Of a stretch of 64,000 bases of DNA, positions 52,201-59,552 are shown piece after piece. Below the pieces are notes generated by a model. The model did not search any database, was not told where the DNA came from, and saw only the letters and a list, made by a program, of their open reading frames with translations. Each line of letters opens with the position of its first letter. Within the stretch, counting starts at the first letter, position 1. Position numbers and translations under genes: made by a program. Source of the stretch: Octopus sinensis (Eukaryota); contig NC_043007.1 in assembly GCF_006345805.1 (NCBI RefSeq), positions 31,000,001 to 31,064,000 of the forward strand, written 5' to 3'.

Positions 52201-55200
52201 TTTGCATGTCATTGACATGGGTGCCAGTCAGACAGCCCTGGCATCGGCCATGGCTACGATTTCACACAGTTCAACAAGTCTTCACAAGCACAGCTTATCA
52301 TTCAATGGAAGAGCATCCAGCCATAAAAACTGTGCCAAAACAGACTCAGAAGTCTGGTGCAGTCTTCTGCCTGGCCAGCGCCTGTCAAACCGTCCAACCC
52401 ATGCCAGCATGGAAAGCAGATGTTAAATGATAAATGATGATGATGTTGCTTACTGTATGTCATTGTATTTTTACACTCTTCACGTAATTGTTTTTTTCCT
52501 CATCAGCATTTTTATCAAGATGTTTATTTGGTTATTTCTCTTCTAGGCTTCTTGCCCTTTTGGAACAGTCCAGTCCAACAAAACAAAAATTAAAGAATGG
52601 TAAGTGAATTAATTATAAAATAATTTTCTTTTCGTTTTTGAATTTGGTTTACAAGATTCTTTATATGAGTTTGTGTGTTGAAGCATTTTCTGTTGTGTCT
52701 GGGGAGAGTCATTTTCTTTTTGTGCCTTATAATATAACACACTCACATTCATATATATGTATGTATATAATTTAAAAATCCGCAAAGTCGTGAATCTGCA
52801 ATAGTTGAACCACAAAGTAGCGAGGGATCACTGCACATATTTATTATGAGCAAAGAGAATATTAATTATTGCTGTTCTTGTAAAATCGTTTATGTCTATT
52901 CCTATAATTTCTTTTAACAGGTTCACCTTCATTTTCTATTGAATACAATGGAGAAATTCACGAAGTGCCTAAGAGAGTTTCTTCCTCCAAGCAGAGACAA
53001 AATTCTATTGAAGAAAACACTTCAAATGTGAGTTGACCGTTTTATTTAGCAAACTTCCCAAACCCAAACAGATTCAGAATTACCTTTATTTTATTCAGTT
53101 GGCATGATAAATATACCATGTGTGTGTGTGTGTGTGTGTGTGTGCGTTTAACGTAAGAGCCATAGATAATGAAACTAACAAATTAGCAATTTGCATCCTG
53201 TCATTAACACACCACTGTATACCAGTGAGCTGGCAGATTTGTTAGTATGTCAGACAAAAAGCTTAGTGGCAATTCTTTGTTCTGAGTTCAAATCCCACTG
53301 AGGTTGATTTTGCCTTTCATCCTTTCAGGGTCAATAAAATAAGTACCAGTTGAATACTGGGGTCAATGTAATTGACTTACTCCTCCACTTAAACTGCTGG
53401 CTTTATGCCAAAATTTTAACCCATTAACACTCCACGGTATCATCATCATTATCTTCATCATCATCATCACCATCATCATTTAATGTCTGTTTTTTCATAC
53501 TAGCATAGGTTGGATGGTTTGATAGGATCTGGCCAGGTCAGGAGCTACCCCAGGTTCTCTAGTCTGTTTCAGCATGATTTCTACATCTGGTTGCCCTTCC
53601 TAGCGTCAACCACTTTACTAAGTATACTCTGTGGTTTTTTTACATGGCACCAGCACTGGTGCTCTTTGTATGGCACCATCAAAAATTTTCATTTCTGTAT
53701 GGTTTAATCATCATCATCATCGTTTAACGTCCGTTTTCCATGCTAGCATGGGTTGGACGGTTCGACTGGGGTCTGGGAAGCCAGGAGGCTGCACCAGACT
53801 CCAGTGTGATCTGGCAGTGTTTCTACAGCTGGATGCCTTTCCTAATGCCAACCACTCCGTGAGTGTAGTGGGTGCTTTTTACGTGCCACCAGCACAGGTG
53901 CCAGGTGAGGCTGGCAAATGGCCACAATCGGTTGGTGCTTTTATGTGTCACCGACACGGATGCTGGGTCATCTTCAGCACTCTTCCTTCCTCTCCTAAAT
54001 TCAGCTTCCCACTTTTGCAATGTTGATAAAGCTGGAGCATCATCTCCTAATGTAGCAACCCCCATCAGCATGAATGCTATTGGGGGCTAAACCCTTTTTC
54101 AGCAAATACTTGATAACACCATGATGCCAAATTTTGTCCATTTCCAAGAGCAGTCATTTACCAGTTGCTTCTGAAGTGTTCTTTGAACAGTCGGATGTCA
54201 GTTGAGGTGGAAAGAAACAATGCAGTTATTAAAGGTGACGAGCTGGCAGAATCGTTAGCATGCCAGGTGAAATGCTTAGCAACATTTTGTCTGCTGTTAT
54301 GTTCTGAGTTCAAATTCCGCCGAGGTCGACTTTACCTTTCATCCTCTCGGGGTCGATAAATTAAGTACCAGTTATGCACTGGGGTCGATGTAATCAACTT
54401 AATACCTGTGTGTGTCCTTCTTTGTCCTCTCTATGTTTAACCCCTTTCTGGGTAGTCAAGAAATAAGGAACAATGCAGTTATTAATAAGAAGGGTTGAAA
54501 TTAAAGCCTGCAAGGTTTCACAGCTCTAGTATCTCTCCTTCATAGTCAGCCTAGGAACTTTTCGCCCCTCCCTCGTACCAGTTAAAGTATGGAAGGTTTA
54601 TTTCATGAAGTTTAATTCTGAGAAACTTGGTGCTGTTTCCCTTGAAGCATTTTCACAGGTTTTTTGTTTCCTTTTTTGCTGTCTTTCTGTCTTTTATTTT
54701 TTTTTTATATACATTAATGGAAACGTGCAACAAGTCAAGTCATACCGGAGATAACACTTGATTAGTTTACCATTGTTAGTAGAAGTGCTACAATGAGTCA
54801 GTAAGAATATATCACACTTACACAAGGTCATCACTGATAAAATTTAATAGATTAGCCAGAGTTAGTTCTAATCTGAAAGGTCGAGATAAATGTGTGTTAG
54901 GGTTAATACAAACAATGAAATAACAGTGTGTGAGATCAGAGCTAGAAGTTCACGACCTATATGCAGTAATGTGGCACATGGGCATATATACACTTGCCAT
55001 GTGTCACTCTGCACATATACAAGGTGTGTGCACACTATTTCTAGTTTGACACGTATGTCATCCAACATTTGTTCAGGTTGGCCAGGTTACTTTTTCTATT
55101 AGTTACACTTCATTTTCTTATCAATTAAAAAAAAAAAATTTCTTTTTACAATTTTCAACTCCATTCAAAGTTTGTAATTCATTCATCATCATCGTTTAAC

Positions 55201-58185
55201 GTCCGCTTTCCATGCTGGCATGGGTTGGACGGTTTGACTGGGGTCTGGGAAGCCAGGAGGCTACACCAGGCTCCAGTCTGATCTGGCAGAGTTTCTACAG
55301 CTGGATGCCCTTCCTAACGCCAACCACTCCGTGAGTGTAGTAGGTGCTTTTTTTATGTGCCAGGGGAGGCTGGCAACAGTCACGATCGGTTGGTGCTTTT
55401 CACGTGCTACCGGCACAGAAGCCAGTCAAGGCGGCACTGGCATCAGCCACGTACGGATGCCGCTTTTTAGGTGTCACCAGCACAGGTGCCAGGGTAGGCT
55501 GACAACAGCCACGATCATTGTAATATGAAATACAAAGTGATTCCTCAGAGCAAGAAACACAGAAGGCACACATCATCTTCATCATGAACAGCTTCATCAT
55601 CATCGTCATCATCCCCATCATCCCCATCATCATCATCATCAGTAATAATAGTCTTATGGGTGTTCAGTTGCATCTTTTTATGGTCCCAGTCCAAATGGCA
55701 TCCTAGAGCTGATGCAAATAAGCCAAGGACTTCAACAGCGTATCATTTACAAAATTTGTAGCCTTGTCAAAGGCTTTCTCCATGTCAACAAAAGCCAGGT
55801 ATGGGGGCTTATTTTTGGCCAGGTATTTCTCCTGCAGCTGTCTTACCAGAAATATAGCATCAATGGTGCTTTTCCCTGGCATGAACCCTAACTGCATCTC
55901 ATCTAAACTGACTCTCTCCCTAATTAGTTGGGCTATGACCCTTTCCGTGACCTTCATTACCTGATCCAACAACTTCATACCTCTGTAATTATTTGTATCT
56001 AAAGTGTCACCTTTACCTTTGTAGCAGTTGACTATGGTGCTGCCACACCAGTCATTGGGTATGACTCCTTCGTGTATCACTTGGTTGCAAAGTGAGCTTC
56101 TTAACCACACTGCCTCCTTCAATTTTTAAGCTATAAGTTGTGATTTCAGGGAGATTTGGTTGCTATTTCTAGTAGGTCAAACGACCATGAAGAGGTTCCC
56201 TTTTTGACTTATGTTTAAATGGTTTCTTGTGTATGTATGGTCAGTGTGAAATTTGTATGTTTTGAAAGGACAATTAGTTGTGGAATTTCTAATTTACACT
56301 GACTGATAAGTTTGTGGTTTGTTAGAGAAATAGTCACTTTGCTATTGTGCCCACAATTCTAAGTTGTCTTTCTCTACTTGAAGCTGTCCCTCCAAGAAAT
56401 CAAGCAACAGTACAAGATTGCTGAGACCCAACTCGAAGAGAAAATTCGAATCTTTGAAGAGGAGCGAGATGCTGAATTGGAAAGAATTGAATACGAAAAG
56501 TACAAGCTTCAGGAACTGGAAAACCAAGAGAGGTGAGACTAGTATTTCACTCCTTTTATTGTTTGAAAAAAAAAGGGTTGTAACCCTCATTTGTGACATA
56601 GCAAACTGTTGTTATTGAGTAACCCCAGTCAGTTGTACTGAGCAGGTTTATGGCATGAGGGTTACTTTAAAGTAACATTTAAGAACAACCATACATGCTG
56701 TACATCACTTGGTTGAGGGGTCTTGTTGTACAAATACTTAGGGACCTTATCAGTGCTGGTCCCACAAAAAAGAGCAACCTGTACACTCTGTGAAGTGGTT
56801 AGTGTTAGGAAGGACATCCAACTGTAGAAACCATGCAGAAGTAGACATTGGACCTTAGTGGAGAATAGATGTTAGATGACGATGATGATGATGGTGGTGG
56901 CAACTGCAGCTGCTGCTGTTATAAAAGGGATGACACATTGGTTAAATAGTCTCAGGTACATCATGTCTGAATAAATATTAGAATAGTCATAGGTGGGATG
57001 TCTTTGCTTGTAGGTCTGTTCAGTCAGAGCTCACCCCTGAGGTTACACAAGAACAGAAACTCAGTTGCACTCAGCCTATCCTTACAATTCACAATGTGCA
57101 ACAAGTGTCACCCCGTCCCACCCAATGCATCTTTGTAATAAATATAATAAAGATGTGTTTAATATGCATGTGCGTCTTTTATGCCATCGAAAGCAGCAAA
57201 GGTTCTCAACGTGAACAATACTGCCCCCAAGGGGACATTGGGGCATATCAAAGGGAGCATTAGGCTTTAGGGGTAGTGAGGTGAGGTATTGACGTAACAT
57301 AATTAACATCCTAAATGTTACCTGTAGTAGTAATTATATTATACATGATTAAACTAGTGATGGTTATCAGAATATAATGAGATCTCGTCAGGCAGAGGCA
57401 ATTCATTAACTTGTAACGAATATAGTAAATTTACAACTTTTGTCTTCATTAATTTTTTATCATTTCACTGTTAAAAGCTTACACAATCCATTTTTAGAGC
57501 CAAATTTATAAATTATCATCTCTGTTAGGCTAGTTTCATCATGATACCTTATTCGCCACTTAGGTGGGCGCTAGGCATAACAACTACTCAAAGAGGTGAA
57601 GCTGCAAAAAATAATGAAGAACCAGTGTATTTGTAATAAGAATCCAACTTGAAAAATAGTTGTGATATTTATAAAAAAAAAAAAGGAAAATTAACAAAAT
57701 ACAGAAAAAAACCCAAATTTCAACGTGATATTTAAAATACGTATTTTAACCGTATTCTTTGGTTTTTTAGGATTAATAGCCTTGTTGAACAGGAGGTACG
57801 ACGAAGACTTTTTGAAGAAAAAGTTCAGAGAGAAAAACAACGTCGAATCGAGAAGGAACAAGAGAAGAAAGAGAGAGACGAAGAGATTTCTCGCTTGAAA
57901 GTGATGCATAGCCGTGAAATGAAACAATTGAAGGCCAAATATGAACGAAGGTGAGTTCACAAGGAAACCACGTTACTCTGTATTTCTGAAAAAAGTTTCA
58001 TGAAGAATCACATTGCTGCTTTAGCTGTATCAGTCTCTTCGCAATTATTTACGAATCATCTTCATCATTTTGATGTCCACTGTTTCCATGCTTGCATGAG
58101 GAGTCAGGGTTTATTGAGGCAGATTTTCTATGGCTGGATGCCTTTCCTATCACCAACACTCATTTGGTTGTGATGATGATGATGA

Positions 58186-58220
<35 letters not shown>

Positions 58221-59552
58221 ACAGTGATGACAATGACAATGGCTACCACAACAACAGCAACTAAGGTTGTTGTTTAGCCCCAGGTGAGCTCTACTCGAGA
58301 TAACCAATCATCAAAAGTATTCCAGGTATGCGTAATAATCTCTTTTTTTTTGTTTTGTTTACAAATGTTTATTTAATGTGTTCTTTTCTGAAAAGCATCT
58401 GATGTGTAAACCATGAAATATCTGGCTGCTTTTCTTTTTTTCTTTTGTAAAACAGATCAGACAACCACACAGAGTGTCCTTTGTTGGTTTGTGTGCCATT
58501 TGAATGTACCCTGGTTGAGAATGATCAATTGTTTGGAGGGTCTGTGTTCAGTGTTTTGTTGTTGCAGTTGTGTGGGTTGCCTTGTGAATAACTATCTCAA
58601 ACCGTTTGTCTGTGTTCTGCTTATAGGCTTCTATTATTTGTTCAGCTGAAGGTGGTGAACTGGCAGAACTGTTTAGCACACTGGGCAAAATGCTTAGCGG
58701 TATTTCATATGTCCTTACATTCTGAGTTCAAATTCCACTGAAGTCAACTTTACCTTTCATTCTTTCGAGGATTTAAGTGCCAGTTGAGTTCCCATGACTT
58801 TCGGAAACATTTTTTCACACTGAGAGTTGCTGAAACATGGAACAAGCTACCTGCATCAGTTGTTAGTTGCTTCCTGAAATTCGCCAACACTACACCTGAT
58901 GTCTGCCCCCTCCATACGCATGCACACATGTATATCATAACTCATACATTGTTCACTTTCTTGACTTTTGTACATAATTCTATGTACTGCACATGCACCT
59001 TTAATGAGTTGTAGTGCACCTGAGCACTGTATACAATAATTTCATTATTATTATAATGCAAACAAAGTGATACTGGTTTGTTTAATGGTGGGAGGAGAGT
59101 TACAAAGATGCACACACACACCACATAAATACACACACATACCACCACACCACATAAATACACATACCATATAAATACACACACTCACACACATATATAT
59201 ATGACAGGCTTATGCAGTTTCAGTTATTTGCTATATTCACTCACAAGGCATTGGTTGGCCCAAGGCTATCATAGAAGACACTTGCCCAAGGTGCCATGCA
59301 GTGGGACCAAACCCAAAACCTCGTGGTTGCAAAACAAGCTTTTTAACCACACAGCTACGCTTGTTTCTATTTGTTGATCTTATTTCATACAAAAGTTTGG
59401 GATTCATTACAAAAACGAAGCTTGTCCTTGTAGAATATTATATTTAACCAAACCATTTTGTTCATCATTAAATGTTATTTCTTTGTTTTTGCAGTGAAGG
59501 CTTGCATTCTTCAGTTATTCCAACCAAATCGAATCCTTATGCAACTGTGATG
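5006..59552 (+). CDS. KIF16B: Kinesin-3 family motor KIF16B-like, multi-exon and partial (30 exons in window; N-terminal exon(s) and C-terminal PX domain not in window)
   Basis: Manually spliced exons give the P-loop GQTGSGKS, switch I SSRSH, switch [36 protein letters not shown], and the KIF16B-typical [40 protein letters not shown] and [14 protein letters not shown] segments. All junctions are GT-AG with matching phases; total 3672 nt. Confidence 0.93.
5625..6210 (+). mobile_element. Penelope-like element 3' remnant (decayed GIY-YIG endonuclease C-terminus plus pseudo-LTR)
   Basis: Two frames give [11 protein letters not shown]...HV*HLK and [28 protein letters not shown]...[13 protein letters not shown]. 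This is the R..NH.SSF / W.II...PY....C.LC..E...I...LN...E..SKC.H pattern typical of PLE endonucleases, recognised from memory. Confidence 0.65.
6142..6206 (+). ncRNA. Type I hammerhead ribozyme-like fold (degenerate core)
   Basis: Stem I ATAGAGT/ACTCTAT; core CTGCCGA (canonical CTGANGA); stem II hairpin 6156-6186; GAAA 6187-6190; stem III ACC-GTT-GGT; cleavage triplet GTA. Confidence 0.6.
6568..6684 (+). CDS. KIF16B: KIF16B-like exon, P-loop (VFQSLG...[17 protein letters not shown])
   Basis: aag acceptor, gtgagt donor; Walker A GQTGSGKS. Confidence 0.97.
7930..7962 (+). CDS. KIF16B: KIF16B-like 33-nt exon ([11 protein letters not shown])
   Basis: cag/gtgagt; GLIPRIC kinesin motif. Confidence 0.95.
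9460..16150. repeat. Tandem array, 66-bp unit, about 101 copies
   Basis: Unit CATGGCCGATGCCAGTGCTGCYTGACTGGCACCCATACCGGTGGCACATATACAGTACTGTTTGAA, nearly identical throughout, with scattered 1-2 nt indels. Confidence 0.99.
16121..16349 (+). mobile_element. (GAT)n-tailed retroposon 3' end (SINE or 5'-truncated LINE 3' UTR), contiguous with the array
   Basis: CACTACACTCTCGGAGTGGTTGGCATTAGGAAGGGCATCCAGCTGTAGAAA...GCATGGAAA...(GAT)n. Other copies at about 5335-5620, 23405-23860, 43130-43295, 48540-48790, 51890-52070, 53715-53960, 55185-55520 (-) and 18405-18578, 20125-20350, 49645-49850, 52140-52445, 61477-61640 (+). Confidence 0.75.
16428..16480 (+). CDS. KIF16B: KIF16B-like exon ([18 protein letters not shown])
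   Basis: ctgcag/gtgagt; phase 0-2. Confidence 0.93.
16849..16967 (+). CDS. KIF16B: KIF16B-like exon ([13 protein letters not shown]...[14 protein letters not shown])
   Basis: cag/gtaatg; EIYNE and LRVREHP motifs; phase 2-1. Confidence 0.96.
18131..18200 (+). CDS. KIF16B: KIF16B-like exon ([24 protein letters not shown])
   Basis: tttcag/gtaaaa; phase 1-2. Confidence 0.94.
18777..18849 (+). CDS. KIF16B: KIF16B-like exon, switch I ([24 protein letters not shown])
   Basis: tag/gttaga; NxxSSRSH motif. Confidence 0.97.
19510..19815 (+). repeat. Short degenerate tandem of about 60-66 bp head units of the (GAT)n-tailed retroposon
   Basis: Repeated GTGCC(A/G)GTGGCAC(A/G)TAAAAGGGCACCATTCGAG units, about 4-5 copies. 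Confidence 0.7.
20433..20500 (+). CDS. KIF16B: KIF16B-like exon, switch II ([23 protein letters not shown])
   Basis: ttttag/gtagga; LVDLAGS motif. Confidence 0.97.
20602..21185. mobile_element. piggyBac-like MITE (TTAA-flanked) carrying a nested insertion
   Basis: TTAA|CCCTTTAGCATT ... AATGCTAAGGGG|TTAA. A shorter degenerate relative lies at about 35821-36053. Confidence 0.6.
22010..22110 (+). CDS. KIF16B: KIF16B-like exon ([33 protein letters not shown])
   Basis: caag/gtaggt; INKSL motif. Confidence 0.97.
22152..22396. repeat. Long (TCA/TCT)n trinucleotide microsatellite
   Basis: About 245 bp of tca/tct triplets; explains the poly-Ser, poly-Asp and poly-Met ORFs. Confidence 0.95.
24081..24194 (+). 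CDS. KIF16B: KIF16B-like exon ([37 protein letters not shown])
   Basis: tacag/gtaagt; [13 protein letters not shown] motif. Confidence 0.97.
24890..25075. repeat. (GT)n/(CA)n compound microsatellite with repeated AAGCCTGCTTCACAC interruptions
   Basis: Direct inspection. Confidence 0.85.
25192..25289 (+). CDS. KIF16B: KIF16B-like exon ([32 protein letters not shown])
   Basis: tacag/gtgaga; end of motor domain. Confidence 0.97.
25626..25700 (+). CDS. KIF16B: KIF16B-like exon, neck coil ([25 protein letters not shown])
   Basis: tccag/gtaagt; kinesin-3 neck coil. Confidence 0.95.
25960..26482 (+). mobile_element. CR1-type LINE 3' fragment (subfamily 2)
   Basis: [10 protein letters not shown]...[16 protein letters not shown] is the CR1 ORF2 C-terminus, followed by a 3' UTR and terminal GTGGTGCACCTGAGCACTGTATACAATAAT. 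Confidence 0.85.
27716..27896. repeat. Degenerate minisatellite of about 18-20 bp (AGCTAAGCAAGTTGAACTG-like)
   Basis: About 8-9 imperfect copies seen directly. Confidence 0.7.
27998..28051 (+). CDS. KIF16B: KIF16B-like exon ([18 protein letters not shown])
   Basis: taag/gtaagt; matches the EKL..NEAR segment; phase 0-0. Confidence 0.9.
29503..29562 (+). CDS. KIF16B: KIF16B-like exon ([20 protein letters not shown])
   Basis: gacag/gtgagt; LT.EW..KW.ET motif; phase 0-0. Confidence 0.93.
30243..33012 (-). pseudogene. CR1 ORF2 endonuclease/reverse transcriptase, interrupted by about 7 small frameshifts
   Basis: Continuous protein recoverable across the ORF-track pieces 32808-32999, 32581-32811, 32013-32699, 31489-31944, 30827-31489 and 30243-30959. 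Confidence 0.88.
33019..34332 (-). pseudogene. CR1 ORF1 (PHD-like Cys/His finger, poly-Q linker, coiled coil, RLG..PR.IK module); frameshifted in the repeat linker
   Basis: ATG at 34332; CHIC...[14 protein letters not shown]...FQCQAC; ([11 protein letters not shown])n at 33685-33975; C-terminal [16 protein letters not shown]; stop at 33019. Confidence 0.75.
34585..35082 (+). mobile_element. CR1-type LINE 3' fragment (subfamily 2) with (ATT)n tail
   Basis: Very similar to 25960-26482, including the shared extra TTC codon (SSFHD); (ATT)n tail at 35035-35082. Confidence 0.85.
35110..35232 (+). CDS. KIF16B: KIF16B-like exon ([41 protein letters not shown])
   Basis: gatag/gtaact; near-identical to the segment I recall in KIF16B. 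Confidence 0.96.
35444..35495 (+). CDS. KIF16B: KIF16B-like exon, FHA ([17 protein letters not shown])
   Basis: tag/gtgaat; FHA GR motif. Confidence 0.93.
36252..36389 (+). CDS. KIF16B: KIF16B-like exon, FHA ([16 protein letters not shown]...[14 protein letters not shown])
   Basis: ctag/gtatgt; FHA EHC and NG motifs. Confidence 0.94.
37562..37647 (+). CDS. KIF16B: KIF16B-like exon, FHA end ([29 protein letters not shown])
   Basis: acag/gtaagt; [12 protein letters not shown] motif. Confidence 0.96.
38464..39092 (+). mobile_element. Non-autonomous Helitron/Helentron-like element in a (TA)n tract
   Basis: Starts ACTAGCAGTATCGCCCGGCGTTGCTCGGG, has three internal ~65-bp repeats, and ends CAACTTCAGTTTTATATATATAGAT. 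A second copy with the same ends lies at 47352-47722. Class assignment is by resemblance only. Confidence 0.5.
39110..39500 (-). mobile_element. Mariner transposase N-terminal fragment (decayed)
   Basis: RNINAVYG...[10 protein letters not shown]...LED.P...[14 protein letters not shown] then [16 protein letters not shown] (WVPHEL motif). Confidence 0.85.
40358..40449 (+). CDS. KIF16B: KIF16B-like exon ([31 protein letters not shown])
   Basis: tttccag/gtgagt; resembles the S.SMTDL.KS.ENL segment; phase 0-2 fits neighbours. Confidence 0.82.
40800..41597 (+). mobile_element. Decayed RTE-clade LINE ORF fragment (EN-RT linker into RT)
   Basis: [34 protein letters not shown]...[21 protein letters not shown] across frames. 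Confidence 0.75.
41808..42043 (+). mobile_element. tRNA-headed SINE, family C, with perfect 14-bp target-site duplication
   Basis: TGGCAGAGTCGTTAGC / GAGTTCAAATTCC boxes; TSD GGTTGTCATGCCAT at 41794-41807 and 42044-42057. Other copies at about 745-960, 1005-1190, 28145-28345, 29050-29230, 63395-63605 (-) and 24530-24725, 46395-46610, 53225-53420 (+). Confidence 0.85.
42787..42853 (-). pseudogene. Degenerate tRNA-like sequence (SINE head or tRNA pseudogene)
   Basis: Minus strand has TATAATGGTAG (A-box-like), a TCTGT-CATGTTT-ACAGA anticodon-like arm and a GAGTTCGAGTC T-loop; several non-canonical positions. Confidence 0.4.
43751..43965. mobile_element. piggyBac-like MITE (second family)
   Basis: TTAA|CCCTTTCGTTAC ... 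GTAACGAAAGGA|TTAA terminal inverted repeats. Confidence 0.65.
44071..44124 (+). CDS. KIF16B: KIF16B-like exon ([18 protein letters not shown])
   Basis: ttcag/gtgaga; phase 2-2. Confidence 0.85.
44429..44582 (+). CDS. KIF16B: KIF16B-like coiled-coil exon ([12 protein letters not shown]...AQDETKK)
   Basis: ttccag/gtaagt; phase 2-0. Confidence 0.88.
45128..45271 (+). CDS. KIF16B: KIF16B-like coiled-coil exon ([20 protein letters not shown]...RQKET)
   Basis: tacag/gtaaaa; phase 0-0. Confidence 0.88.
46736..46873 (+). CDS. KIF16B: KIF16B-like coiled-coil exon ([12 protein letters not shown]...KELLEK)
   Basis: tgtag/gtaagg; open frame, E/K-rich. Confidence 0.82.
47352..47722 (+). mobile_element. 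Second copy of the Helitron/Helentron-like family
   Basis: ACTACCAGTATCGCCTGGCGTTGCTCGGG start and CAACTTCAGCTTTGTATATATAGAGAGAT end. Confidence 0.5.
48062..48220 (+). CDS. KIF16B: KIF16B-like coiled-coil exon ([10 protein letters not shown]...LEYQKQK)
   Basis: cgtag/gtgagt; 53 codons, open. Confidence 0.82.
49965..50794 (+). CDS. KIF16B: KIF16B-like large coiled-coil exon ([10 protein letters not shown]...RIAKEKR)
   Basis: Polypyrimidine tract + caag acceptor, gtaaat donor; 830 nt open E/K/Q-rich frame (ORF 49902-50798). Confidence 0.88.
51630..51857 (+). mobile_element. SINE family C copy nested in a SINE family B head
   Basis: TSD TAAGAAG at 51623-51629 and 51858-51864; the interrupted GTGGCTGTGTGGTAAGAAG|CTTGCTTCCTAACCA is the family B head. 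Confidence 0.75.
52547..52599 (+). CDS. KIF16B: KIF16B-like exon ([17 protein letters not shown])
   Basis: tctag/gtaagt; phase 2-1 fits. Confidence 0.75.
52921..53027 (+). CDS. KIF16B: KIF16B-like exon ([35 protein letters not shown])
   Basis: taacag/gtgagt; phase 1-0 fits. Confidence 0.75.
53963..54141 (-). mobile_element. Mariner transposase HTH fragment (second family)
   Basis: [18 protein letters not shown]...[31 protein letters not shown]. Confidence 0.75.
54233..54468 (+). mobile_element. SINE family C copy with 17-bp TSD
   Basis: TSD AACAATGCAGTTATTAA at 54216-54232 and 54469-54485. Confidence 0.85.
55745..56090 (-). mobile_element. Decayed RTE-clade RT fragment
   Basis: [19 protein letters not shown]...YRGMKLL...[23 protein letters not shown]...[10 protein letters not shown]. 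Confidence 0.85.
56384..56532 (+). CDS. KIF16B: KIF16B-like coiled-coil exon ([10 protein letters not shown]...LENQER)
   Basis: gaag/gtgaga; phase 0-2. Confidence 0.82.
57771..57950 (+). CDS. KIF16B: KIF16B-like exon ([17 protein letters not shown]...KAKYER)
   Basis: ttttag/gtgagt; resembles the RIN..IEEEV.RRL segment of KIF16B; phase 2-2. Confidence 0.88.
58787..59056 (+). mobile_element. CR1-type LINE 3' fragment
   Basis: [21 protein letters not shown], terminal GTAGTGCACCTGAGCACTGTATACAAT and a short ATT tail. Confidence 0.82.
59495..59552 (+). CDS. KIF16B: Probable KIF16B-like exon ([19 protein letters not shown])
   Basis: ttttgcag/gtaaga; phase 2-0 fits the previous exon; low sequence conservation. 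Confidence 0.65.
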
